64,000 nt of DNA from an uncultured Gemmatimonadales bacterium (GTDB lineage: Bacteria > Gemmatimonadota > Gemmatimonadetes > Gemmatimonadales > Gemmatimonadaceae). Below the pieces are notes generated by a model, which saw only the letters and a program-made list of their open reading frames with translations, was not told where the DNA came from and searched no databases. Both the position numbers and the translations under genes were made by a program. The stretch's first letter is position 1, and every line of letters starts with the position of its first letter. The stretch covers positions 576,001 through 640,000 of the forward strand of contig CAVPQB010000003.1 in the NCBI GenBank assembly GCA_963707505.1, written 5' to 3'. Of this stretch, positions 31,698-42,562 are shown in pieces.

Positions 31698-33202
31698 ATG
31701 CCCCTTCATAAACTCGAGTCCAACGTCGGCGGAAAGCTCACCGCAAAGCGTGCCGCCAGGGCGATGCAACACCCGCCACGCCCCGGTCGAAAAGAGCGCG
31801 TCACGCTCGGCGTCATCGTCGGCAATCGCGGCTTCTTTCCCGGCCATCTCGCCCGCACGGGACGCGAGGACATGCTCAAGGCGCTCGCCGAGGAAGGCAT
31901 CGACGCCATAGCGCTCGGTCCGGACGATTCGGTGCACGGCGCCGTCGAGAGTCGCGACGAGGCCAAGGCCTGCGCGGCGCTCTTCCGCGCCAACGCCGAC
32001 AAGATCGCGGGCGTGATCGTCACCCTGCCGAATTTCGGCGACGAGCGCGCGATCGCCGAGACGCTCCGCATGGCCGGCCTCAACGTCCCGGTGCTCATCC
32101 ACGCCACGGCGGACGATCCGGCAAGGATGGGCATCGACGTCACGACGCGACGCGTTCTGCGGCAAGATGTCCGTCTGCAACGTCCTCACGCAGTACGGCA
32201 TTCCCTACTCGCTCACTTCACTGCACACTCAGCGGCCAGAGTCCGAAAGCTTCCGCGCGGATCTGCGCAGCTTCACCGCGTCTGCCGCGTCGTGCGGGGT
32301 CTCAGGCACGCGCGCATCGGCGCGATCGGTGCTCGCCCCGCAGCATTCAAGACAGTGCGATTACAGCGAGAAGATACTCGAGGCCTCGGGAATCGCAGTC
32401 GAGCCGATCGATCTGTCGGAGATCCTCGGCCGAATCGATCGACTGGCGAACGACGACGCTGCTCGTGCATGCGAAACTCGAGCAGATGCGAGGCGTACGT
32501 GACCACCGACGGCATTCCATCCGAAGCGCTCATCAAGATGGCGAAACTGGGCCTGGTGATCGACCGCTGGATGGCGGAAGCCGACGTGACGGTGAGCGCG
32601 ATCCAGTGCTGGACTTCGATGGAAGAGTTCTTCGGCGTGGTGCCCTGCACCATCATGAGCATGATGAGCGACGTGAACCTGCCGAGCGCATGCGAGATGG
32701 ATGTCTGCGGTACGATCAGCATGTACGCGCTGACACTCGCGTCGGAGACACCCAGCGCGCTGCTCGACTGGAACAACAACTACGGCGACGATCCCGAACA
32801 AGGCCGTGTGCTTCCACTGCAGCAACCTGCCGAAGGCGTTCTTCGAAGACGTGCAGATGGATTATCAGGCGATCATCGCCGGTACGGTGGGACGCGAGAA
32901 CACTTACGGTACCGTCGTGGGCAAGGTGAAGGCAAGTCCCGATGACATACGCGCGCTTCTCGACCGACGATCGCACCGGCACGTATTCGCGGCTACGTCG
33001 GCGAGGGGCGATTCACCAATGATCCGCTTACGACGTTCGGCGGCGCCGGTGTGGTGGAGATTCCGCGGCTGCAGGAACTGCTGCACTTCATCTGCGAGAA
33101 CGGCTTCGAGCATCACGTCGCGGGCACTATGGCAACTGTCGCCGACGCGGTGCACGAAGCGACGTCGCGATATCTCGGCTGGGACGTTCACCGGCACGCT
33201 GA
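31698..33202 (+). pseudogene. L-fucose/L-arabinose isomerase-family protein, multiply frameshifted
   Basis: Motifs spread across frames: GNRGFFPGHL, LPNFGDE, FCGKMSVCN, RPAAFKTVR/YSEKILE, AIQCW, ACEMD, CFHCSNLPK and GFEHHVA. The frameshifts may be sequencing errors; end approximate. Confidence 0.75.
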
Positions 33203-33209
33203 TAACAGC

Positions 33210-34817
33210 GTGGCCATCGTCGCAGGAGTCGACTTCGGGACGCAGAGCGTACGCGTCGCAATCGTTGACAGCAAGCATGGGACAACTCGGTGCCGGCGTC
33301 GCGGGATTTCCGCTGCAGCGCGACCGGAACGATCCCGATTTCGCGACACAGTCGCACGACGCGCACATGAGCGCGCTGGTCGATGCGATGCGACTGGCTC
33401 TCGCCGACGCGAGAGTCGCCGGCAGCGACGTTCGTTGCACTGGCGCTCGATACGACCGGGTCGACGGTGATTCCCGTGGGCGAAGGACTCGTCCCACTCG
33501 ATGATTACTATCTCTGGGCCGATCATCGCGCGCAAAGCATGAAGCCGCGCTGATCACAGAGATTGCGCACCGCGAAGGATTGCCGGCGATCGACTACTGC
33601 GGCGGTGTTTATTCGTCGGAGTGGGGCTTCGCCAAGCTGCTGCACTGGCTGCGGAACAATCCCGACAAGCGCGACAGATTCGTTACCGCACTCGAGCACT
33701 GCGACATGGTCGCCGCGACGCTGTGCGGCGTTACCGATCCGCGCGAGATCGCCCGCTCGATCTGCGCCATGGGACACAAGTGGCTCTGGAACGAGGAGCT
33801 CGGCGGCCTTCCGTCCGAGGACTTTCTCTGCGCGGTAGATCCACTCCTGGCCGGCGTGCGCGAGAAACTTGCAGGGTCGCTATCTCACATCTGACAACGT
33901 CGCCGGCGTACTCTCTGCCGGAGTGGGCAGCGAAGCTCGACCTCAGCGCCGGAATTCCGATTCCAGTCGGAGCGTTCGATGCGCACTGGGACGCGATCGG
34001 TGCCGGTATCGTCGAAGGCGACGTCGTCAACGTGATCGGCACGTCGACCTGCATCATGGCGATCGGCGAAGAATGTCGGCTGTGTTCCCGGTGTCTGTGG
34101 CGTTGTACGCGGATCGGCACATCCGGATTACGTGGGGGTCGAGGCCGGTCTGTCCGGCGTGGGAAACATCTTCGAGTCGATCGCGACGCGCGAGCGGCAC
34201 CACCGTAGAACGAGCTCTCCGCTGGTATCGAGCGCTACCGCGCGGGGCAGACCGGACTGTTGCGCATGGCGTGGGACAACGGCGACCGCACGGTGCTGGT
34301 GAATCCGCATCTCGGCGGTGTGACACTGGGCTGGAATCTCAATCACACCGCGCGCGACGAGCTATTCGCCGCGATCGAGGGAACCGCGTTCCACACGCGC
34401 ATCGTACTCGAACGAATGGCGGAGCACGGCGTGCCGATCAATCGCGTGATTCACGGTGGCGGCATTGCGCAGAAGAACGACGTGCTCAACCGCGTCTACG
34501 CAAACGTGCTCGGCAAGCCGGTGCTCGTTCCCGAGCGTCCGATCACCGGACTCGGCTCGTCGATCTTCGCGTTTCTCGCCGCCGGTGTCTTCGGCACGAT
34601 CGAGGAAGCGCAGGCCGCGCTCTGCCCGCCGTATCGCGTGATCGAGCCCGAGCCGCGCGAGCAGGCGACGTATGAACGGCTGTATGAGATGTACCGGTCG
34701 CTGTACTTCGCGATGGGTGATCCATCGTCGCCCGCGATACGTGTCGGCACCGTGCTCCCGGACTTGCGTCGGATTGCGGCCGAGGTACGCGCAGCCAGTG
34801 CGGCCCCAGTGCAGTGA
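33210..34817 (+). pseudogene. araB: ribulokinase (FGGY family), frameshifted
   Basis: VAGVDFGTQSVRV, YSSEWGFAKLLH, CAMGHKW, GAFDAHW, NVIGTSTC, WDNGDRTVL and GGGIAQKN, in different frames. Confidence 0.8.
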
Positions 34818-34901
34818 TGCGGCGCTGCCGATTGGGTTGTATACTTTATCCAATCTCAAGAAGGGCCATTTGATTCCAGCTTCGGATAAGGATCTACTCC
34901 C

Positions 34902-37184
34902 ATGTCGGATTCCGTATCACGGCGCGACGCCATCAAGCGCCTCGCCACGATCACCGCGGGCTTCGCGCTAAGCGGCGACATCACCCGCGGCGGACTGACC
35001 ATCCGCCGCACTGCTCGCGACATCACCATCGCCGGCCAGCCTGTGGAGATCGCTGTGTTGTCGCTGAGTCCGCAGACAGCGCGGCTCACGATTCGACCGC
35101 TGCAGAACGGGCGCCCCGATCCGCTGCCGATCACGGGTGAGCTCGTTGACGAGGAGCTTGGCAAGATTTCGCGGCGCGGTCGCAATGCGACGGAGCTTGC
35201 ACGCGTACGAGCGGGTGATCTGTTCGTTACGGTAACGGACGACCCGCCGAGGATTCGAGTCGAAACCTCCAGCGGCACGGTCGTTCAGGATCTTGCGTTC
35301 GACGCGTCCGCACCGGGCATGTCGTTCTCACTCGGGCACGGACCGCTGCTCGGACTCGGCGAGGGAGGGCCGCAGTTCGATCGCAAGGGAAAGACCGATC
35401 CAATGATCATCGGACAGGGCGGCTATCATCTCTCGACGAATGGAACTCGCGCCCCGATTCAGTGGCTCGTAGGAACCGACGGCTGGGCGATGTTCATTCA
35501 CCAACCGCACGGCACATTCGATTTCACCGGTACCACCGGGAAGTTCATCCCCGCGCCGGCGTTGCCGCTCGACATATTCGTCGTTTCGTCGAATGAGCCG
35601 CGCGTGATCATGCGCGAGTACGCGCGCATCACCGGCCTGCCCGAGATGCCCGCACTCTGGGGATTCGGCTATCTGCAATCGTCTCGCACGCTCGCCGGTC
35701 CTGACGAGGTGATGGGCATCGCGCGCACCATGCGCGAGAAGCGGCTTCCGTGCGACGCGCTCATCTACCTCGGCACGGGGTTCTGTCCGTCAGGGTGGAA
35801 CACGCGCAACGGTGACTTCACGTGGAACTCCGCGAACTTTCCGATCGCCAAAGCAGCAGGTCGCAGCGTTGCACGCCGAGCATTTCAAGGTCGTGCTGCA
35901 CGTCGTCGTGGAAGGACATCATCTCACCGGCACCGTGTCGGATCCGTGCACGCGCGCGCACCGCTGCCGAGCGGCGTGACTGCCGGACGGCCACTGGCCA
36001 CCCGACCGACAGGTTTCGTGCTACTGGCCATCTCACAAATCGGTGATGGTGGACGACGGGATCGATGGATGGTGGCCCGATCAGGGCGATGGCTTCGACG
36101 GACCGTCGGAGCTCAACCGCCATCGCATGTACTGGGAAGGCACTCAGCTCTTTCGCCCAAACGAGCGCCCGTTCGCGCTGCACCGCAATGCATCCGCAGG
36201 CGTGCAACGGTTTGGTGGATTTCTCTGGTCCGGCGACGTGCAGTCACGCTGGGAAACGCTGCGCACTCATGTCGCGGTCGGTATCAACGCTGGTCTCACG
36301 GGATTGCCGTACTGGGGCACGGACATCGGCGGCTTCGTTCCGACTTCGGAGTACACCGGCGAGCTGTACGTGCGCTGGTTCCAGTTCGGAGCGTTCTGCC
36401 CGCTGTTCCGATCGCACGGGCGCAACTGGCATCTGCATCTCCCATGGGGATGGGATGGCGGTGATGGCGGTCCGCCGGAGACGCGCAATTTCCAGGCGGA
36501 TCCAGCAGAGCTGCACAATACGACTGTCGAGCCGATCTGCCGGAAATATCTCGAGCTGCGCTATCGCCTGTTGCCGTATCTGTATACCGCCGTTCGCGAG
36601 AGTCACGACACGGGGATGCCGATCATGCGCGCGCTGTGGCTGCACCATTCCGGTGACGTAGCGGCGGTCACGCGCGGAGACGAGTATCTCTGGGGCCGCG
36701 ATCTGCTCGTCGCACCCGTAGTGGAAAAAGGCGCGACATCACGGCGTTTGTACCTTCCACGCGGAACGTGGTTCGACTTCTGGACCGAAGATCGCATCGA
36801 AGGCGGACGCGAGATCGATCGCGCGGTGGACCTCGCAACCACGCCGCTGTACGCGCGCGCTGGCTCCATCATACCGATGGGCCCGGTCAAGCAGTATGTC
36901 AGCGAGCAGCGTGACGAGCCGGTGACGCTGATTGTATATCCCGGTGCCGACGGTGAATCGTCATGGTACGAGGACGACGGCAACACGTTCGACTATCGCC
37001 GCGGTGATTTCATGCGTATCACCATGACGTGGCACGATGCGACACGCCGGCTCACGCCTGCGCCTCGCACCAGGGTTCACGCATGCGCGAGCCTGCACCG
37101 CGACGGATCGATGTGCGGGTGGCAGGAAGTAAGAAAGTGACGTCGCTCTCGTTCACCGGCCGTGAGATCGAAATCTCACTTTGA
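34902..37184 (+). pseudogene. Tat-exported GH31 alpha-glycosidase, frameshifted
   Basis: SRRDAIK Tat motif; GWWPDQG, WSGDV, YWGTDIGGF, RWFQFGAFCP, LRYRLLPYLY and LLVAPV. Breaks near 35850-36040 and near 37060-37100; true end inferred as ...FTGREIEISL*. Confidence 0.8.
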
Positions 37185-37205
37185 GTGAGTGATTGAATCG
37201 AACCC

Positions 37206-37232
37206 CGTCATTCCCGCTTTCGCGGGAATGAC
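37206..37232. repeat. CGTC-type REP palindrome
   Basis: CGTCATTCCCGC-tttc-GCGGGAATGAC between convergent genes. Confidence 0.85.
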
Positions 37233-37266
37233 CGGGTGGGCGCGTGCCATATCGGCCTGACAATCT

Positions 37267-37980
37267 CTAGCTCTTGTCCTGCCCGTAATACGCCGCCGGT
37301 CCATGCTTGCGCAGAAAATGCTTGTCGAGCAACGCTGCCGGAATTGCATCTGCGTTCGCATTCAGCGTAAGCGTCGCGTACGCCATACGAGCCACTTCCT
37401 CGAGCAGATCCGCCGTTTCAACCGCGGCAGCAACCGATTCACCCCAACAGAAACTTGCATGCCCCGCGACGAGCACCGCCGGCATTCGCAGCGGATCGAG
37501 CCCGACGAATCGGCGCACGATCGCGCGGCCGGTGTTGGCCTCGTATTCCGACTGAACGTCGTCGGCCGACAGATGCGCGGTCAGCGGAATCGCGCCGTGA
37601 AAATAGTCGGCGTGCGTCGTGCCGAGGCACGGAATCTCCCGTTGCGATTGCGCCCATACGGTCGCGTAATGCGAGTGCGTGTGGACCACGCCGCCGATCT
37701 GTTCGAATGCGCGGTACAGCTCGAGATGGGTGGCAAGATCCGACGACGGGCGCAAATTCCCTTCCACGACATCGCCGTTCATGTTCACGACGACCATCTG
37801 CGCGGGGGTCATCGCGTCGTACGGCACACCGCTCGGCTTGATCACCACGACACCAGACTCACGATCGATCGCGCTTGCATTCCCGAAGGTGAATCGCGCG
37901 AGCCCACGCTCCGCCAATTCCTTGTTTGCGTCGCAGACTTCACAGCGAAGATCCAGCAATGCATCGCGCCTGTCAGTCAT
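37267..37980 (-). CDS. araD: L-ribulose-5-phosphate 4-epimerase
   Basis: FTFGNAS, VIKPSGV, PSSD, HTHS, GTTHADYF and KHFLRKHGPAAYYGQ. Confidence 0.95.
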   Translation of the reverse strand: MTDRRDALLDLRCEVCDANKELAERGLARFTFGNASAIDRESGVVVIKPSGVPYDAMTPAQMVVVNMNGDVVEGNLRPSSDLATHLELYRAFEQIGGVVHTHSHYATVWAQSQREIPCLGTTHADYFHGAIPLTAHLSADDVQSEYEANTGRAIVRRFVGLDPLRMPAVLVAGHASFCWGESVAAAVETADLLEEVARMAYATLTLNANADAIPAALLDKHFLRKHGPAAYYGQDKS

Positions 37981-39803
37981 ACGATGCCCGCCCGCTGCTT
38001 AGCGCGCTTGATGATCTCCGTCATTGCATCACGATGCGTGGTAAAGGTGTCGTCCACGACCTGAAGTGTGGGAATGCTGTTCGGCGAGAGCGAGAGTGTC
38101 TCGGGATTGAATCGGCCGAATCCTGATTCGTGTACACCGCTGCTGCCGCGACCCGGCGCAGGGCTGCTGAGGTGCTGATACGCGTGACTGTACTTCGACC
38201 ACAGCGGGCCCAGGCCCACCTGAAACATTGGAATGAAGCCGTGCAGCGCGTCATACGGCATCTCGCCGACGCATGCAACCTGTGGATGCTTCGCGCGCAG
38301 GCTCTCGACCAGTCGCCGCGTTCCCTCGTGCATGTCGCCGTTGGTGCTGTTCACGTGACCGCCCACGATGTCGAGAAAATACGCGTCGACACCGTAGCGC
38401 GTTATCATGTCGGAGATCCGGCCCTCGAGATGCTCGCGCCACGCGTCGGCGCCGAGGTTCATGTATGCGAGCCATCCGTCACCGTGACGGTCGTTGTTCC
38501 AGTCGACCCAGTCGAGGTTGTAGACGTTGCCGTCGATCTTTCTTGTTACGGCGTTGGCGATCTTCGGCCAGTTCGGAAGCTTCGTGTTCGCGGCGTTGGT
38601 GCCGTACATCGGCATCAGCTTGAATCCGAGCTTGTGACCCTCGTCGATCAGCCGGCGAAATCCCGCCTCGCCGCCCATGCGATCCGAGACCGTGTAGGTC
38701 GGATAGTCCCAGTAGTAGCGGCCGTCCCACGCGGGCAGGAACACCAACACGCGATCGGCTGGAATCTGCGTCGCCATCCAGCGCAGGATCTCCAGCATCT
38801 TCGCATAATCGTTGAACATGTAGCCCGTGTAGTGCATGCCATGCAGCGTCGTTACCATCGCGAGGTTACGCATCCATGCTGGCACGTCCGTGCGCGTCTC
38901 CCATGACTTCAGGGAGAAAGCTTTCTCGATGTGCTGCATGTGCTGCGTTGTCGCGTCCTGTTCGTTCGCGACGCGACCGAGCCGCCACGCGGGCACAGAA
39001 ATCTTCCTGTCCTCGCGCCAGGCGTCGTGCTCGTAGATCGCCTCGACGCGATAGCTCTTCTCGCCCGGCGCGAGATAGAATCGCTTTGGCCGCATGCGAT
39101 CGTCCAGCGACGAAACGTACAACACGTCAGTCGGCGTCTGGATCATCAGGAGCGGTGTGCTCATGCTGCCACCCGGGCCGTTCAGATCACCGGCGCCGAA
39201 CGCGATAACCGGCGAGCATTTCGTCGTCTCGCGGGTCGCGGAATCCGGCAGCCGCCGAACGAAACGTGGCCGCGCGGCACGCTACGGATAATCGTAGTGA
39301 CTGACTTGACCGGCCGTTCCATCTCCACCACTGCATCCCACTCGATCGCGCTACCGCTCCGCCGCAGCGACGCGGTCAACCGCCCGGACGCAGTCTGCTG
39401 TCCGCCGGCCCAGACGAAACGATCACACGTGAGCGTCAGCGCGTCGCCATTGCCGTCGGTCGTTATCGCCGCACGGTCGAGACCGTAGGTGTTCTCGTCG
39501 GTGAATACGAGAAATCCGAAGCGTGTAATCGCCAAAAGCCACCGACGGCTCGGGAAAGTCGAAGCTGAACTTCTGGAAGCTGCGACCTCGCGGCGGAATG
39601 AATATCTCGCTCGTCGACACCAGGTCCAGAACCGTCCCGGGAGCGTGACGCACGACCGGGGCGGCCGGCCCAACCGGCGGAGTCGTCGCGACCTGCCCGG
39701 CGACGGGCGCCGCCAGCTGCAGGGCATCCGGCGCGACGAGTGCGCCAGCGCCGACCAGGCCCATGGTTTTCAGCCAGTCCCGGCGCGAGACCGAGTCGCT
39801 CAT
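37977..39803 (-). pseudogene. Tat-exported uncharacterised glycoside-hydrolase-like protein, frameshifted
   Basis: Tat signal SRRDWLK at 39803; continues through ORFs 39182-39727 and 37977-39164 (WDGRYYWDYP, GVDAYFLD, CVGEMPYD). Breaks near 39530 and near 39200-39260. Confidence 0.65.
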
Positions 39804-39949
39804 GAATCAAGACCTCGCATCCAACGCTGCCAGGAGTGGTCCTCCGACACGGCCAATCCGTGTCATGTTCGGTATACTATATCCGAGAGGGGAATCGAGC
39901 GCCAGCACGTCGGCAGCCATCGTCCCCCTGCAGCACATCGCCCATGACT

Positions 39950-39983
39950 GAATCACGCAGACGAATCACGCAGACGAATCACG
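39950..39983. repeat. 13-bp tandem repeat GAATCACGCAGAC x2.6
   Basis: Immediately upstream of the AGGAG RBS of the GH127/146 gene. Confidence 0.85.
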
Positions 39984-39994
39984 AGGAGCATTCC

Positions 39995-42541
39995 ATGACG
40001 TTGTCCCGCCGTAATGTTCTCAAACTAGGCCTGGGAGCAGGCGCGGTTTCATTGCTCGATTCCATTGCGAGCGGAGTCACGGTGGCAGAGGCGACTCCAT
40101 CCGAGAGCAACCTGCTACGGACGCCCAGGCACCAGATGCTCGCGGCCCGTCCGCTGCCCCTCGATGGAGTGCGTCTCCTTGGTGGTCCGCTCAAACAGGC
40201 GCAGGACGCCGACATCAGGTATCTGCTCGAGCTGGAGCCCGATCGGATGCTGGCGTATTACCGGCAGAACGCCGGCCTCACGCCCAGGGCAAAGCCATAC
40301 GGTGGCTGGGACGGCGGCGGCCGCAATCTCACCGGCCACATCGCAGGTCACTATCTCTCGGCGACCAGCGCCATGTGGTCCGCAACGGGTGACAGGCGAT
40401 TCAAGGATCGCGTGGATTACATCGTCACGGAGCTCAAGATCGTGCAGGACAAGCACGGCGACGGCTACCTCAGCGCGCTCGAAGGCGGCCGCCAATGCTT
40501 CAACGCACTCGCAAAGGGCGAGATCAAGGCGGCGGCATTCGACCTCAACGGCCAGTGGTCGCCCTGGTACACGCTGCACAAGACATTCGCCGGACTGCGC
40601 GATGCATATCGCTTCACCGGCAACCGAACGGCTCTGAATGTCGAGACGAAATTCGCAGAATGGGCCCAGGGAATTCTGTCCGGCCTCGACAATCAGCAGA
40701 TACAGCACATGCTCGACACCGAGTTCGGCGGAATGAACGAGGTGCTGGTCGATCTGTACGCAGACACGGGCGATCAACGCTGGTTGAATCTCTCTTACGA
40801 CTTCGAGCACACCGCTTTCATTCAGCCGCTGCAACGTCACGAAGACGTGCTCGGCGGGAAACACGCCAACACGCAGATACCCAAGCTCATCGGCTCGGCC
40901 GCTCGATATGCATATACACAACAGCCGCCCGATCTTCTGGCCGCCGCCTTCTTCTACGACCAGGTAGCACAACACCACAGCTTCTCGACTGGTGGCGACG
41001 GTACTGACGAATATTTCGGGCCTCCCGATCGCCTCGGCGCACGCGTGCACGGGCGCACCGCCGAATCGTGCAACGTCTACAACATGCTCAAGATGTCTCG
41101 GCAGATGTTCTCGATGACGCCTGATGTCCACTACGCGGATTTTCACGAGCGCGCGCTTTTCAATCACGCGATGGCATCGATCGATCCTGACAATTCGCGC
41201 ATGTGCTACATGGTGCCCGTGGGACCGGGAGTCACGCACGAATATCAGGACATGCTGCACAGCTTCACGTGCTGCGTTGGCACCGGAATGGAAAATCACG
41301 CGCTCGCCGGCGACGGGATGTACTACGAATCCGGCGACAAGTTGTGGGTGAACATCTACGCGCCCTCCACTGCGAACTGGCCAGCAGCGGGAGTACACCT
41401 CGCAATGGAAAGCGACTTCCCCGAAGGAGAAACGGCCAGGCTCACGCTCAAACTGCAGCGGCCCAAACAGTTCACACTCGCGATGCGTCGGCCCTACTGG
41501 GCAGGCGATGGCTACTCGGTGAAGGTCAACGGCAAGATTGTCACGGAGCCCGCAGCGCACGCGCCCGCAGCGGCGCCCAAGTCCGCGGAAGCGACGCGCA
41601 CCCCGGCGCGACACCCCATGTACAGCTCGCCAGTGCCGGTGGGATCGTATGTGGAGGTGAACCGCACGTGGCACAGCGGCGACGTCGTGGAAGTCACATT
41701 GCCCAAAACTCTGCGATTGGAACCCACGGCCGACATGCCGCAGCGCGTCGCGATCATGTGGGGACCATTCGTGCTCGCGGGCGATCTGGGCCCCGAGCCG
41801 CCGCATCGCGAAGACGATAATGGTGACGGCGAAAACGAGGGCGTGCACGATCCTGTAGTGGTGCCGCTCTTCGTCGCCGCCAACGTTCCGGTGGAGAACT
41901 GGGTCACGCCGGTGGCGGGGGAACCCGGCCGATTCCGAACTGTCGGCGTCGGCCACGAGCCGAACGCGGCTGGAGTCGCACATGAGGTCGATCTCGTGCC
42001 GTTCTATCGGCTGCATGAGCGAACCTACTCGACGTACTGGGATCTCCTGACCCCCGATGAGTGGACAGCGCAGAAGGCAGAGTACGCGCGCGACGCAGAA
42101 CGCCAACGCAAGCTCGAAGCAGCGACGGTTGCCTTCGTCCATCCCGGAGAACCGGCTACCGAACAGTCGTTCGAGTACCAGGGCGGCAAGGATGCGACCC
42201 CGCAACATGTGCTCGGACGCACGGCCCGCGCAGGACGAAGCTGGTTTTCCTACGATCTACCGGTCGAGGCGGGCCACCCCATGGTCCTGGTGGCCACGTA
42301 CTACACCGCGGACCGTCGCACGTCGCCCGCAAAGTTCGATATCCTGGTGGACGGCCAGCAGATCGCCGAGCAGAAGGTGGATCGAACCGACCCCGGTCAC
42401 TTCTACGATGTGCAGTATCCCGTACCGGCGGCGCTCGTGCAGGGCAAGTCGAAGGTTACGGTTCGCTTTCAGGCCGCTGAGGGAAGCCAGATCGCCGCGG
42501 TGTTCGGTGTGCGAATGGCGCGGGGAGATGCGCTCCCATAG
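39995..42541 (+). CDS. Tat-exported GH127/GH146 beta-L-arabinofuranosidase
   Basis: SRRNVLK Tat signal, GHIAGHYLSA, EFGGMNE, HANTQIPK, ESCNVYNMLK and TCCVGTG (Cys motifs of this family). Confidence 0.88.
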   Translation: MTLSRRNVLKLGLGAGAVSLLDSIASGVTVAEATPSESNLLRTPRHQMLAARPLPLDGVRLLGGPLKQAQDADIRYLLELEPDRMLAYYRQNAGLTPRAKPYGGWDGGGRNLTGHIAGHYLSATSAMWSATGDRRFKDRVDYIVTELKIVQDKHGDGYLSALEGGRQCFNALAKGEIKAAAFDLNGQWSPWYTLHKTFAGLRDAYRFTGNRTALNVETKFAEWAQGILSGLDNQQIQHMLDTEFGGMNEVLVDLYADTGDQRWLNLSYDFEHTAFIQPLQRHEDVLGGKHANTQIPKLIGSAARYAYTQQPPDLLAAAFFYDQVAQHHSFSTGGDGTDEYFGPPDRLGARVHGRTAESCNVYNMLKMSRQMFSMTPDVHYADFHERALFNHAMASIDPDNSRMCYMVPVGPGVTHEYQDMLHSFTCCVGTGMENHALAGDGMYYESGDKLWVNIYAPSTANWPAAGVHLAMESDFPEGETARLTLKLQRPKQFTLAMRRPYWAGDGYSVKVNGKIVTEPAAHAPAAAPKSAEATRTPARHPMYSSPVPVGSYVEVNRTWHSGDVVEVTLPKTLRLEPTADMPQRVAIMWGPFVLAGDLGPEPPHREDDNGDGENEGVHDPVVVPLFVAANVPVENWVTPVAGEPGRFRTVGVGHEPNAAGVAHEVDLVPFYRLHERTYSTYWDLLTPDEWTAQKAEYARDAERQRKLEAATVAFVHPGEPATEQSFEYQGGKDATPQHVLGRTARAGRSWFSYDLPVEAGHPMVLVATYYTADRRTSPAKFDILVDGQQIAEQKVDRTDPGHFYDVQYPVPAALVQGKSKVTVRFQAAEGSQIAAVFGVRMARGDALP

Positions 42542-42562
42542 CGTCACGCGATGACCCTCAGC

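Noticed and set aside
33051..33470. Genuine isomerase-ribulokinase fusion
   Set aside because: Lies in a region full of indels; a single missing base at the isomerase stop would explain it.
40115..42208. 697-aa minus-strand ORF (and similar long antisense ORFs such as 18748-20199 and 19623-20660)
   Set aside because: Antisense to well-supported genes and motif-free; expected from high-GC codon bias.
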